The notes beneath the pieces were generated by a model. That model ran no database searches, was not told the DNA's origin, and saw only the letters and a list, made by a program, of their open reading frames with translations. Positions 1 to 11,612 of a stretch of 64,000 nucleotides of DNA are shown piece by piece. Numbering within the stretch: position 1 is the first letter of the stretch; each line of letters begins with the position of its first letter. This DNA comes from Mobula hypostoma (taxonomy: Eukaryota). The stretch spans positions 13,890,001 to 13,954,000 of the forward strand of contig NC_086109.1 in assembly GCF_963921235.1 (NCBI RefSeq), read 5' to 3'. The translations under genes were made by a program, and so were the position numbers.

Positions 1-109
1 TGTTTCATGGACATCAGTGAAGAGTAAAGATTCAAGTTGTACATTGCATACATCCTCTGATATTAAATTGGACACGGAACCATTGAAAGACTGCATTCAT
101 TCGATCTAG

Positions 110-350
110 GCTCATGATTTTATGCACCTCTGTAAGTTCACCTTTCGGTCTCCTACTCTCTAAGGAACAAAGCCCTAGCTTGTCCTATCTGTCCCTGTAA
201 CTGAGCCCCTCAAATCCTGGCAACATTCTTTACACTCTTTCCAGCTTAAAGACATCTTTCCTTCAGCAGGGAAACCAAAACTCTGCAGAATACTCCAGGG
301 GTGATATCACCATGTCATGTAAAACTGCAAGATAATGTCTAAACTCCTAT
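110..350 (-). mobile_element. Degenerate CR1 LINE ORF2 3' fragment
   Basis: Antisense similarity to the C-terminal CR1 ORF2 region seen intact at 6830-7030 (e.g. ccaaaactctgcagaatactccagg, aatcctggcaacatt). Confidence 0.6.
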
Positions 351-351
351 A

Positions 352-672
352 GGTAGATAAATACTTTATTGATCCCAAAAGCAATTACAGTGTCACAGTA
401 GTATTACAAGTATATTACAAGATATATAAATATTGGAAGAGAAGTAAAAAGAATAAAAAATAAGTTACTTCCAACAGTCCAACAGGAGGGGATCATCACT
501 TTCCCAGCTATATGTTGACTCATTATAAAGTCTAATGTCCAAGGGTAAGAGTGTCCTCATATAGCGCTCTTTGGAGTGGAGCGGTTGTCTTAGTTTATTA
601 CTAAAAGTGCTCCTCTGTTCAGCAAGGTGGCATGCAGAGGTTGAGAAACATTGTCCAGAATTGCCAGGATCT
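352..672 (-). mobile_element. Rex1/Babar-type LINE 3' end fragment
   Basis: Starts with atactttattgatccc and contains gaaacattgtccagaattgccaggat, the same layout as the Rex1 copy at 57300-58180. Confidence 0.6.
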
Positions 673-869
673 TAATGTTATAAATTTATAATGTTATAAA
701 AGGTGTTAAGAGGAATTTGTTGAGGCAAGTGTAATAGCAACTTTTAAAAGACAGTTTGGGTTGCAAATGTTACTACGACTGGCAAATGGGACTAGCTTGG
801 ACAGGGCATCCTGGTCAGCGTGGACTAGTTGAGCCAAAGGGCCTGTTTCTGTTCTGTATGACTATGACC

Positions 870-1107
870 ATCTCAGTGATGTTCAGTGGAGCTATCTGTT
901 GATTAGACTGGCCAAAGTAATATTCTCAAGAAGCTTGTTTGGAGACAGGATCCAAGTTATCATCAACTTGTTTGCTGGCATATGACAGAGAAAGTGCCTT
1001 AATCTAAACATCCACAAAACAAAGGTCCTTGACCAACTTTCCTCTGCCGTACAATACCAACATCAGATAATAAAGGTTCACAATGACAGTCTGGAAAATG
1101 TTGAAAG
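870..1107 (+). mobile_element. Old RTE/BovB-like LINE, left half
   Basis: Degenerate RT-thumb coding remnant (LNLNIHKTKVL...IKVHNDSLENV) that continues at about 7719. Confidence 0.55.
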
Positions 1108-1119
1108 TCATTGCGAGAT

Positions 1120-4100
1120 CATCATCATCATCATCAGGTGCCGTGCCCAGTTTGAGCTTTGACTGCCATGGCCCACACACTCCTGTTTCGGGTCAAGTGG
1201 ATCAATTCATTGGTATTCATTTCCAGTTCTCTGGCTGCTATCTCCATCATCATTTGTCTTTGTCTTCCTCTTGCTTTCTTCCCTTCAATCTTTCCCATAA
1301 TTATCATGCATTCTAACTCCTCTTTCCTAATCACATGTCCAATGAAGTTACATTGCCTTTTCATGATCTCATACATCATTCCTCTTTTAGTGTTTGCTTT
1401 GTTCATGACATCTTCATTAGATATTCGTTTTGTCCATGATATTCTTTGCATCTTCTTCAAAAATCACATCTCTGCTGCTACAATTCGTTTCCTCATTTTA
1501 CTAGATTTTGTCCAACATTCTGAGCCATATAACATAACTGGATAAACGTAACATTTCAGTACTCTGAGGCGGGTTGTCATGCCTAGTTTCGTATTGGTCA
1601 GTATACTCTTCATTCTCGTAAAGGTATCTTTTGCCATCCCTATTCCTAAAAGGAGGGGAGGAGAAGATGGCGGTGCGATGCAACGTGTGCGGCCACTCTG
1701 AAATGATATCAGTATTTGTTAAGTAGGTACCGTGCACAATCCTGATTTGATGGAGATAGACGTGAGAAGCACGGTGGAACATCTGGAGAAACTTCTGAAA
1801 TGCCCGCTTCACTGCAGCTGCTACTGTGCGATCGAGAATCTTCGGAGGGGAAGGCCCCAAATCCTTGGCTTTGCCTATTGCCTGGTGCCGGGACCGGGGT
1901 CGAAGTGCTCGGCAGAGATGGTGCTCGGTGCTTGGTATCGGAGGGTAGGTCGGAGGCTCGAAGTTTTCGGACGGACTCAAGAGTCAGCTGTGGTTGGGTG
2001 CTTCCAGGGTGTTGCACCGGCAAGTTTGTGGCGCTGGAGGTTCATGGTAGGGAGAGTTTTTCTTCCTTCTACCATCTGCCTGAGATGATGGGACTTTCGA
2101 GAGACTTTGAGACCTTTTTTTACCATGCCCATGGTCTGTTCTTTATCAAATTACGGTATTGCTTTGCACTGTTGCAACTATATGTTATAATTATATATTT
2201 TTTTGTCAGTTTTTCAGTCTTGGTTTGTCTTGTGTTTCTGTGATATCATACTGGAGGAACATTGTATCATTTCATAATGCATGCATTACTAAATGACAAT
2301 AAAAGAGGACTGCGTGTCCTCATTATCTAACCTAATCTAATCTAATCTATTCTTTTTTGATATCCATGTCGCATCTGCCATCTGATATCACCCAGCTTCC
2401 TAAGTAGCAAAAGTTCTGTACTTGTTTTATGTCTTCCCCATTTATTCTCAGCCTGCAGATAGGATTCTCCTTCTTTTTGGATATCACCATACATTCTGTC
2501 TTTTTGCAATTGATAGATAAACCCATTTTTGCACTTTCTTCAACAACTATATCAATATAGTTTTGTAGTTCTTCCTCTGTACCTGCAATTAAAACAGTGT
2601 CATCTGCATATCTGAAATTATTGATGTTTTCACCGCCAACTTTGATTCCCAAGATGTCTCTTATTTTTTGTAATATTGTTTCACTGTACACATTAAATAA
2701 ATCAGGGGAGAAAACACTCCGTTGTCTAATGCCTCTCTTGATGTTTGTAAACTGACTCACTTCTCCATCTATTCTTACAGTGGCAGTTCGTTCCCAGTAC
2801 AGATTTCTGATTAGGCGAAGGTCTTTTGAATCTAGATCTGGAGTTTTCTGTAATATTTCAAATAACTTATTGTGCTGCACTTTATCAAATGCTTTTGGGT
2901 AGTCAATTAAACAAACAAACAAATCTTTTTGCACTTGAATAGCTCTCTCTGATAGCATCCTTAACATCAATATTGCGTTTCTTGTACCTTTGACTTTCAC
3001 AAAACCACATTGTTCTTTACCTGTTTCAGCTTGTATCTTACTTTTAGCTCTTGTCATCAAAATACTTAGAAGTATCTTGGTGATATGACTCATTAAACTT
3101 GTGATCCTATGTCATTCACATTCTATTGCTCCAGGTTTCTTAGGAAGAGTGATAAATACTGATTTTTTCATCTCTTCTGATATTATTCCAGTCTCATAAA
3201 TGTCATTGATTAAATCAGTAAGTTTTTCAATTCCATAATCTTCAAGGGCGATAATTTGTTCTATTACTAATTCATCAGGACCCGCTGCCTTTCCTTTCTT
3301 CATCTTATTTATTCCATTATGAACTTCAGATTTTAAAATACTTGGACCCGCAATGATTTTCTTAATTTCTGGTTTTTCACCTCGATCGTCTTCAAACAAT
3401 TCCTGAATATACTCAGTCCATCTGTTCATCTTTTTCCATGATAATGGTACTGTCCTTTGCTTTCAAACATCCACCTGAAGAACAGAGAAGCTTTTTACCA
3501 GTGATATTCTTGATTTGTTGATGTAACCTTTTTGGATCAGTAATAGGAATTCTTTCTATTTGCTCACATTCCTGGTTTAACCTTTCTTTTTTGGCTTTCT
3601 GACATAAGCTTTTAACTTTTTTATCTAAGGACTTGTATTCTATAGAATTTGCTTTCTTCCATCTCCTTTCTTCCGTCTCCTTTCTTCCATTAGATTTTTG
3701 ATTTCATCTGTCATCTATTTATTCTTTGTGCTTTTTTTCTTTTTTAGGAATCACTGACTTTGCTGATTCTACCAAGGCATCCTTTAGAGAGTTAAATTTC
3801 ATTTCTACATGATTGCTATCATCTTCAACAGATTCTATTTCTAGACTTTGAAATCTATTCCTTACTTCAATTGTAAATTTTTGTTTTAAGTTTTCTTTTT
3901 TAATTAATTGCGAGTAGTTAAGGGATTGTTCAGGTTTTTGCTTCTTTAGTTTTTTAAATTTTACTTTTACATACATACTACTGGGTTATGGTCACTATTA
4001 CAGTCTGTACCTGCCGGATCTGCCGTTGGCCTTTGCTCGTATCCTAAGCAGGAACCCTTGCAGGTGCTACGGTTCCGGGTCAGAGCAGCCCTGCAATCAA

Positions 4101-4217
4101 TGAATGACTAAAGGGTAACTCCACTTTCCCCAAAGCTCTGAAAGTCCCCAATCACAGCCTCATCACTGGTTGCAGTTTAGAGTCATACCCAGGACAAACT
4201 GAGAGATTTGTTATTTA
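1120..4217 (-). mobile_element. RTE-clade LINE, disrupted, with internal deletion
   Basis: ORF pieces 3719-3976, 3112-3429 (KAAGPD), 2347-3093 (QCGF, KAFDKV, FRYADD) and 1134-1460; (CAT)n tail at 1120-1136; TSD TCATTG(C/A)GAGAT at 1108-1119 and 4218-4229. Assigning 4010-4217 to this element is inferred from the TSD. Confidence 0.9.
1648..2346 (+). mobile_element. Non-autonomous LINE-derived (SINE-like) element nested in the RTE
   Basis: Starts near GAAGATGGCG, CpG-rich body, (CTAAT)n tail, TSD ctattc(c/t)t at 1640-1647 and 2347-2354. The empty site is visible in the RTE copy at 61780-61800. Confidence 0.8.
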
Positions 4218-4229
4218 TCATTGAGAGAT

Positions 4230-4533
4230 TAGGCATCAGTTAGTTTCATGAGACCATGGATTTGCGCCTTGGAAGGTTTCCAGGGAGCAGGCCTGGGCAA
4301 GTTGTATGGATGACCAGCAGTTGCCCATGCTGCAAGTCTCCCCTCTCCATGCCACCGATGTTGTCCAAGGGAAGGACATTGGGACCCATATAGCTTGGCA
4401 CCGGTGTCGTCGCAGAGCAACGTGTGGTTAAGTGCCTTGCTCAAGGACACACACACTGCCTCAGCCAAGGCTCGAACTAGCGACCTTCAAATCACTAGAC
4501 GAATACCTTAACCACTTGGCCACGCAGCAACAC
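4230..4533 (-). mobile_element. tRNA-derived SINE
   Basis: On the - strand: A box TGGCCAAGTGG, B-box-like AGTTCGAGCC, core gtgtccttgagcaaggcacttaacc; flanked by CATTGAG(A/C)GAT direct repeats. Confidence 0.8.
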
Positions 4534-5289
4534 CATTGAGCGATATAGCCTGGGAAAGGGCCTTATATTTATGCTGACCATCAATAATCAATTTACACTA
4601 ATCTATGTAAATCCCATTTTTGTTCACTTACATTTTCATCAACTTCTCCCAGGTTCTGCCACTCACTTAGCTTCTAGAAACACCTACGGTGGCCAATGAA
4701 CCAACCAACCCCTATGACATTGGAATGATGGAGAAAACTGTGATGTGGGATAAAGTCCATGCAGCTATAGGGAGAACTTAACATTGATGTCAGATTTCTG
4801 AACGGTCCATGAAGACTACCTCATGGGGTACTCATGAAGAATGATCCATGAAGACTACCTCATGGGGTACTCATGCACTATTTTGCTCTCTTCTTCCACT
4901 ACTTATTTACTTTTATATATTTCTTATCGTAACTTATAGTATTTCTTTTATGTATTGCCTTGTACTGGTGTTGCAAGACAACAAATTTCATGACATACAG
5001 TACTGTGCAAAAGTCTTAGGCACATATGTATTGCCAGAGTGTCTAAGACTTCAGCACAGTACTCTGTTTGTAAAGTGGAGTGGAGAGCGAGTTCGTAAAT
5101 CTGGCAGGAGCAAAAGATGTTGGGAATGGTGAGGGTGGAGCGCCGTGGGAGGGGCATGGGACACATTGCAGAGAAGCAGTGCCAGGGGTGGGGTGTTGCA
5201 CAAGTGCAGACACACCCAGCCCTGAGACACCAGGCAAGGTTATTTGATCCAAACAATTGGTTTATTGATCACTATAGAATGTCTCTCTG

Positions 5290-7302
5290 GTGCCTTCTGC
5301 TCCCTCCCCTCTCCCATCCCCTTTTCCCAACAATAAATCAAGGAAGGTAGTGCACCCGTGGCTGACAAGAGAAATTAGGGATAGTATCAATTCCAAAGAA
5401 GAAGCATACAAATTAGCCAGAGAAAGTGGCTCACCTGAGGACTGGGAGAAATTCAGAGTTCAGCTGAGGAGGACAAAGGGCTTAATTAGGAAGGGGAAAA
5501 AAGATTATGAGAGAAAACTGGCAGGGAACATAAAAACGGACTGTAAAAGCTTTTATAGATATGTAAAAAGGAAAAGACTAGTAAAGACAAATGTAGGTCC
5601 CCTGCAGACAGAGACAGGTGAATTGATTATGGGGAGCAAGGACGTGGCAGACCAATTGAATAATTACTTTAGTTCTGTCTTCACTAAGGAGGACATAAAT
5701 AATCTTCCAGAAATAGTAGGGGACAGAGGGTCCAGTGAGATGGAGGAACTGAGTGAAATACATGTTAGTAGGGAAGTGGTGTTAGGTAAATTGAAGGGAT
5801 TGAAGGCAGATAAATCCCCAGGACCAGATGGTCTGCATCCTCGAGTGCTTAAGGAAGTAGCCCAAGAAATAGCGGATGCATTAGTGATAATTTTTCAAAA
5901 CTCGTTAGATTCTGGACTAGTTCCTGAGGATTGGAGGGTGGCTAATGTAAGTCCACTTTTTAAAACAGGAGGGAGAGAGAAACCGGGGAATTATAGACTG
6001 GTTAGCCTAACGTCGGTGGTGGGGAAACTGCTGGAGTCAGTTATCAAGGATGTGATAACAGCACATTTGGAAAGCGGTGAAATCATCGGACAAAGTCAGC
6101 ATGGATTTATGAAAGGAAAATCATGTCTGACGAATCTCATAGAATCTTTTGAGGATGTAACTAGTAGAGTGGATAGGGGAGAACCAGTGGATGTGGTATA
6201 TTTGGATTTTCAAAAGGCTTTTGACAAGGTCCCACACAGGAGATTAGTGTGCAAACTAAAAGCACATGGTATTGGGGGTAAGGTATTGGTGTGGGTGGAG
6301 AATTGGTTAGCAGACAGGAAGCAAAGAGTGGGAATAAACGGGACCTTTTCAGAATGGCAGGCGGTGACTAGTGGGGTACCGCAAGGCTCAGTGCTGGGAC
6401 CCCAGTTGTTTACAATATATATTAATGACTTGGATGAGGGAATTAAATGCAGCATCTCCAAGTTTGCCGATGACACGAAGCTGGGTGGCAGTGTTAGCTG
6501 TGAGGAGGATGCTAAGAGGATGCAGAGTGACTTGGATAGGTTGGGTGAGTGGGCAAATTCATGGCAGATGCAATTTAATGTGGATAAATGTGAAGTTATC
6601 CACTTTGGTGGCAAAAATAGGAAAACAGGTTATTATCTGAATGGTGGCCGATTAGGAAAAGGGGAGGTGCAACGAGACCTGGGTGTCCTTATACACCAGT
6701 CATTGAAAGTGGGCATGCAGGTACAGCAGGCGGTGAAAAAGGCGAATGGTATGCTGGCCTTTATAGCGAGAGGATTCGAGTACAGGAGCAGGGAGGTACT
6801 ACTGCAGTTGTACAAGGCCTTGGTGAGACCACACCTGGAGTATTGTGTGCAGTTTTGGTCCCCTAATCTGAGGAAAGACATCCTTGCCATAGAGGGAGTA
6901 CAAAGAAGGTTCACCAGATTGATTCCTGGGATGGCAGGACTTTCATATAAAGAAAGACTGGATGAACTAGGCTTATACTCGTTGGAATTTAGAAGATTGA
7001 GGGGGGATCTGATTGAAACGTATAAGATCCTAAAGGGATTGGACAGGCTAGATGCAGGAAGATTGTTCCCGATGTTGGGGAAGTCCAGAACGAGGGGCCA
7101 CAGTTTGAGGATAAAGGGGAAGCCTTTTAGGACCGAGATTAGGAAAAACTTCTTCACACAGAGAGTGGTGAATCTGTGGAATTCTCTGCCACAGGAGACA
7201 GTTGAGGCCAGTTCATTGGCTATGTTTAAGAGGGAGTTAGATATGGCCCTTGTGGCTACGGGGGTCAGGGGGTATGGAGGGAAGGCTGGGGCGGGGTTCT
7301 GA
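5290..7302 (+). CDS. CR1 LINE ORF2 reverse transcriptase, 5'-truncated, frame uninterrupted (no endonuclease domain)
   Basis: 670-aa ORF with [37 protein letters not shown] and RPHLEYCVQFWSP. The first ~14 codons derive from the flanking MITE. Confidence 0.95.
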   Translation: MPSAPSPLPSPFPNNKSRKVVHPWLTREIRDSINSKEEAYKLARESGSPEDWEKFRVQLRRTKGLIRKGKKDYERKLAGNIKTDCKSFYRYVKRKRLVKTNVGPLQTETGELIMGSKDVADQLNNYFSSVFTKEDINNLPEIVGDRGSSEMEELSEIHVSREVVLGKLKGLKADKSPGPDGLHPRVLKEVAQEIADALVIIFQNSLDSGLVPEDWRVANVSPLFKTGGREKPGNYRLVSLTSVVGKLLESVIKDVITAHLESGEIIGQSQHGFMKGKSCLTNLIESFEDVTSRVDRGEPVDVVYLDFQKAFDKVPHRRLVCKLKAHGIGGKVLVWVENWLADRKQRVGINGTFSEWQAVTSGVPQGSVLGPQLFTIYINDLDEGIKCSISKFADDTKLGGSVSCEEDAKRMQSDLDRLGEWANSWQMQFNVDKCEVIHFGGKNRKTGYYLNGGRLGKGEVQRDLGVLIHQSLKVGMQVQQAVKKANGMLAFIARGFEYRSREVLLQLYKALVRPHLEYCVQFWSPNLRKDILAIEGVQRRFTRLIPGMAGLSYKERLDELGLYSLEFRRLRGDLIETYKILKGLDRLDAGRLFPMLGKSRTRGHSLRIKGKPFRTEIRKNFFTQRVVNLWNSLPQETVEASSLAMFKRELDMALVATGVRGYGGKAGAGF

Positions 7303-7396
7303 GTTGGATGATCAGCCATGATCATAATAAATGGCGATGCAGGCTCGAAGGGCCGAATGGCCTACTCCTGCACCTATTTTCTATGTTTCTATGTTT
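5332..7396 (+). mobile_element. Young 5'-truncated CR1 LINE
   Basis: The ORF above plus a 3' UTR (gggccgaatggcctactcctgcacct) ending in (TTTCTATG)n. Confidence 0.95.
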
Positions 7397-7718
7397 CCCC
7401 TCTCCCTGCCTCATCCCACTCTCAGTCCACAAGAGAGACCCATATCAGAATCAGATTTATGATCACTCATTATATAATGAAATTTGTTCTTTTTTTGTGG
7501 CAGCGATACAATGTGATACATAAAATTACTACAGTGCTGTGCGTATGTCTGAGGCACCCCAGGAATAGTAAATACAGCATATATGCCTAAGACTTTTGCA
7601 CGGTACCGTATATCAGTGATAATACACCTGATTCTGATGCAGGCAGACAGTACCTGAGGTCAAGATTGAACCTGGGTCTCCGGCACTGTAAGGCAGTGGC
7701 TCTGTGCCACTGTTCTGC

Positions 7719-7900
7719 CTTCCAGATATCCAGAGCAATTTCTTAGCAAAGACAGCGCAATGCAATTCACCATCACCCTCTGAGGACCAGAACAGCCTTT
7801 GGCTGTCTGTGAAAAGGGATGTTTGAAGACTAACTCAGCAAAAAATCCAGGCAGTGCTGAAACCTGCTCTGTTGTATGTTTCTAACACGTGGAGGTACGT
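7719..7900 (+). mobile_element. Old RTE/BovB-like LINE, right half
   Basis: Degenerate IHHH...TAFGCL.K..FED...ALLYVSNTW remnant continuing the 870-1107 piece. Confidence 0.55.
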
Positions 7901-8391
7901 ACTGGAGGAACCTCAATTTCCAGATCCAGTTTATTGCCATGGGCATACACACCCAATACCATGGAAGTTAGCAGCAGCAGAGTATATTATAAACGTAACA
8001 ATCATGAGATAGCATGGACCTAAATTAATGTAAATTATAGATAAATTACATGACAAAATAAACTAACATAAACATAAATAAATTAGCACAAGTTGAGAGA
8101 AAAATGAATATAGTCTGAGGTAGTGTTAGGTTCTTTCAGGTTGGTTTGAGAAGCTGACAGCAGTGGAGAAGCTGTTGTTGAAACTTGAAGTATTGATTTT
8201 CAGTTTCCTGTACCTCCTGTCTGATAGCAACATCGGGGAGGGTGCTTCAGAAGCATCACCAGTGCTCTCTTTGTAAAATCTTTCAAACCCACTCACAAGT
8301 TCAGTGAGTCACTTTCTCTTCTCCCCTCTGCCATTGGGTAGGATATACAAAAGCAAACCACTAGGCTCGAGGATAGCTTCTGCCTCACGAC

Positions 8392-8625
8392 CGTGCCCAG
8401 CAATCCCCTGATTTGATCCTAGCCTAATCATGGGAGAACTTACACTGACCAATTAACCTAACAGCTAGAATATCTTTGGACTGTGAAAGGAAACTGGAGC
8501 ACCCGGAGGAAACGCATGCAGTCACGGAGAGAACGTACAAACTCCTTACAGGCAATAATGGCAATTGAACCCGGGTAGCAGGTATTGCAAAGCATTGTGC
8601 TAACCACTATGCTGCCATGCCACCC
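8392..8625 (-). mobile_element. V-domain (HE1-like) tRNA SINE
   Basis: Antisense V-domain ggaaactggagcacccggaggaaac and tRNA head ttgaacccggg...gctaaccacta. Confidence 0.8.
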
Positions 8626-9579
8626 CACACTGTACCTCTGTACATACTACACTGGTAAACCAATTCCAGTCTTCATCAGGGTTCCCTCCAAGACAACATG
8701 ACAAACTAGCTCTAATGCACAGGCTAGATCATCCACTTGCCTAATTTTAGACTCCTCCCTATTTTGAGTTCTGTCACTGATAGAGGGCGGAGGAAACAAG
8801 TTAATCATGTTCTTAAATCCTCTTTGAGAAACAGAGATTGTCCCATGGAATCACTGCCCCATTACCACTCAAAAAGGACTCAGAATACCTCGAGGACCTT
8901 AAGCGTCCTCATCAGTTACAGAAGCTCATTGTAAGTGGTAGATGGAATGCAGCCCATCCCAAGCTCTTCAACCACGTGCCCTGTCAAGTATATCCTGCCT
9001 TCTCTGTGGCAGAGTCTACAAAATCCTGGTTTAGCTTCATCAGTTATGTTGGAACCTTGCAGAATTGGAATAGAAACAAGCATTTCTCGATCCTTAGAAG
9101 GTAAAGACGAAGAGGTTTCCATCGTCAGTGCCAGCCACTGGCCCAACTCAATAATCCTGTGCTAATTACTCAGAGGAGAAGGGTAGAAATACTCAGGGAC
9201 CATGGAATGAAATGTGAAAGCGGCAGTCTTGAATAATACAACCAGAGAACAATGATATGCCACCCGATTGAGATTTGAAACTTACAGTGAAATGGATCTT
9301 TTGTGTTAACAGCCAACAAAATCTAAAGACATAGTTGTGGCAGCCCGCAAGTGTCATCACACATTCTGGCACTAACATAGCACGTTCATAATGTTCAGCA
9401 GTATGTCCAAACAACAAGAGCGAAAAAAGCCTCTTTCCACCCTCCCATGTGGTGATTGACACAATCTCAACAGTATTAACCCTCAGTAAAATGCAACACT
9501 ATGGAGTGGGTTCCCAGTGGAAGATGTTAGCATGCATTAATACAAAGGAAGGATTGCCTAGTGGAATATTTTGGGATTC

Positions 9580-10210
9580 AGTGTATGAATTTCAAGTTCC
9601 TGGGTGTCAACATCTCTGAGGATCTATCCTGTTCCAAACATATTGATTCAGTTACAAAAAAGGCACGACAGTGGCTATATTTTATTAGGAGTGTGAGCTG
9701 ATTTGGTATGTCAACAAAACACTTGCAAATTTCTACAGATGTACCCTGGAGGGCAACCTAACTGGTTGCATCACCGCCTGGTATGGAAGGACCACTGCAG
9801 TGGATCTCGAAAAGCTGCAGAAAGTTGTAAACTCAACCAGCACCATCATGGGCACTAACCGCCCCTGCATCAAGGACACCTTGAAAAGGTGCTTCCCCAA
9901 AAAGGTGGCATCCATCATTAAGGATTCCCATCACCCTCTTCTCATTACTACCATCAGGGAGGAGGTACAGGAGTCTGAAGGCATAAACAACGATTCAGGA
10001 ATAGCTTCTTCTCCTCTGCCATCGGATTTCTGAATGGATATTGAATGGTCTTTTTCCATCTTTTTTGCATTATTATTTAATTTAACTTTTTAAATCTATC
10101 TACTGTATACCTCTTACTGTAATTTACAACTTTTATCATTGGGTACTGCAATGTATTACTGCTGCATTGCAACAAATTTCACAACATATTCCTGCTTCTG
10201 ATTCTGATCC
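9580..10210 (+). mobile_element. Rex1/Babar-type LINE 3' fragment
   Basis: FKFLGVNI...FYRCTLE..LTGCITAWYG...KLQKVV remnant; tail acaaatttcacaacatat...ttctgattctga. Confidence 0.8.
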
Positions 10211-10329
10211 TGAAGGTTTTCTGAAAGGTGATCTGTGATCATTGCAGATAGTCTCCACTGCTCACCTCTCTGGGACTTACTGCATGCTTACTGTGAAGCT
10301 CCACAAGAGAGGTTCTGTACCAGAATGTG

Positions 10330-10612
10330 GGTACCACAGTTCAGTAAGTGACGCTATCACAGCTCGGGCCATTAGAGTTCAAAGTTCAATTCTGGTGTCC
10401 TTTGTAAGAAAACTTGTATGTTCTGCCCATGTGTGCATATGTTTCCTCTGGGTGCTCCGGTTTCCTCCCACAGTCCAAAGACATACCAATTAGCAGGTTA
10501 ATTGGTCATTCTAAATCGTCCTGTAATTAGGCTAGGGTTAAATAGATGGGTTGTTGGTTGCTACGGCTCAGTGAGCTGGAAGGGATTGTTCTGTTCTGCA
10601 TCTTTAAACAAA
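10330..10612 (+). mobile_element. V-domain (HE1-like) tRNA SINE
   Basis: gggtgctccggtttcctcccacagtccaaagac core and CR1-like tail. Confidence 0.75.
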
Positions 10613-11056
10613 CATAAAAACAAAATATATTGGGATTTCCACTTTTTCATAAATTTTATTGTATTTTTTTATTCTCCTATAAATGCCTGCAAGAAAATGA
10701 ATCTTAAGGTAGTATTGGTCACATATACATGTGACCAATAATTTTGATAACTAAGTTACCTTGAATTTGACAATAGTGCTATATCAGGGTGGCAAGGGAA
10801 ACAAAATACATTCTGATGTTTGTTACTGAGTGACCCCTAATTTGGTCTAAGGAAAAAATGATTGAGATTCATTTGAAGAGCTTTAATTAGCTTTACTAGT
10901 ATATTCTTAGGTCTAACCAACTAACTTTAATTGACTTCAATTAATCTAAATAGATACCAATATCTTTTCTCCATGTAGACAAATTGCCTATGAATCAGAG
11001 AAATGTGCTTATATTTATTAATGGGTTATTTCAGATAACTGTGCAAATTATTATGC

Positions 11057-11612
11057 ATTCAGTGCCACATATTAATTATCTCCTGTACCTTATAAAGTGG
11101 CCACTGAGTGTTGGTTTTTGGCCCTCAGCTGTTGTAGCCCATCCGCTTCGAGGTCTGATGTGTTGCGCATTTAAAGATGCTCTTCTACACATCACTGTTG
11201 TAACGTGTGGTTATCTGAGCTACTGTCACCTTCCTGTCCACTAGAACCAGTTTGGCCATTTTCCACTGACTCCTTTCGTCTACAAGGTGTTTTTGTCCAC
11301 AGAACTGCTCACAGGATTTTTTTTGCTTGCTTTTCGCATCACTTGCTGTAAACTCCAGAGACTGCTCTGCATGAAATCCTGGGAGATCAGCAGTTTCTGA
11401 GATACTCAAACCGCCCTACCTGATACCACGGTCAAAGTCATTTAGATCACATTTCTTCCACATTCTGATATTTGGTCTGAAAAACAACTGATCTCCTTAA
11501 TCATGTTTGCATGTTTTTATGCATTGTGTTGCTGCTACATGATTGGCTGATTAGATATTTGCATTAATGAGCAGGTGTACAGGTGTATCTAATAGAGTGC
11601 CCACTGAGTTTA
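11057..11612. mobile_element. Tc1-like MITE
   Basis: Degenerate inverted termini cattcagtgccac and gtgcccactgagt, with an internal repeat taaagtggccactgagtg. Confidence 0.65.

Larger units (their letters stand above)
4998..7608. mobile_element. Tc1/mariner-type non-autonomous DNA transposon, interrupted by CR1
   Basis: Terminal inverted repeats (TIRs) cagtactgtgcaaaagtcttaggca and tgcctaagacttttgcacggtaccg; TA at 4996-4997 and 7609-7610. Confidence 0.85.

Noticed and set aside
1159..1545. Hydrophobic 128-aa ORF resembling a membrane protein
   Set aside because: It is the antisense frame of the RTE ORF.
6210..7325. Minus-strand ORFs of 134 and 230 aa
   Set aside because: They are antisense shadows of CR1 ORF2.
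8640..9190. Apparently unique segment with several short ORFs
   Set aside because: No coherent exon boundaries or recognisable peptide; may be an old repeat.
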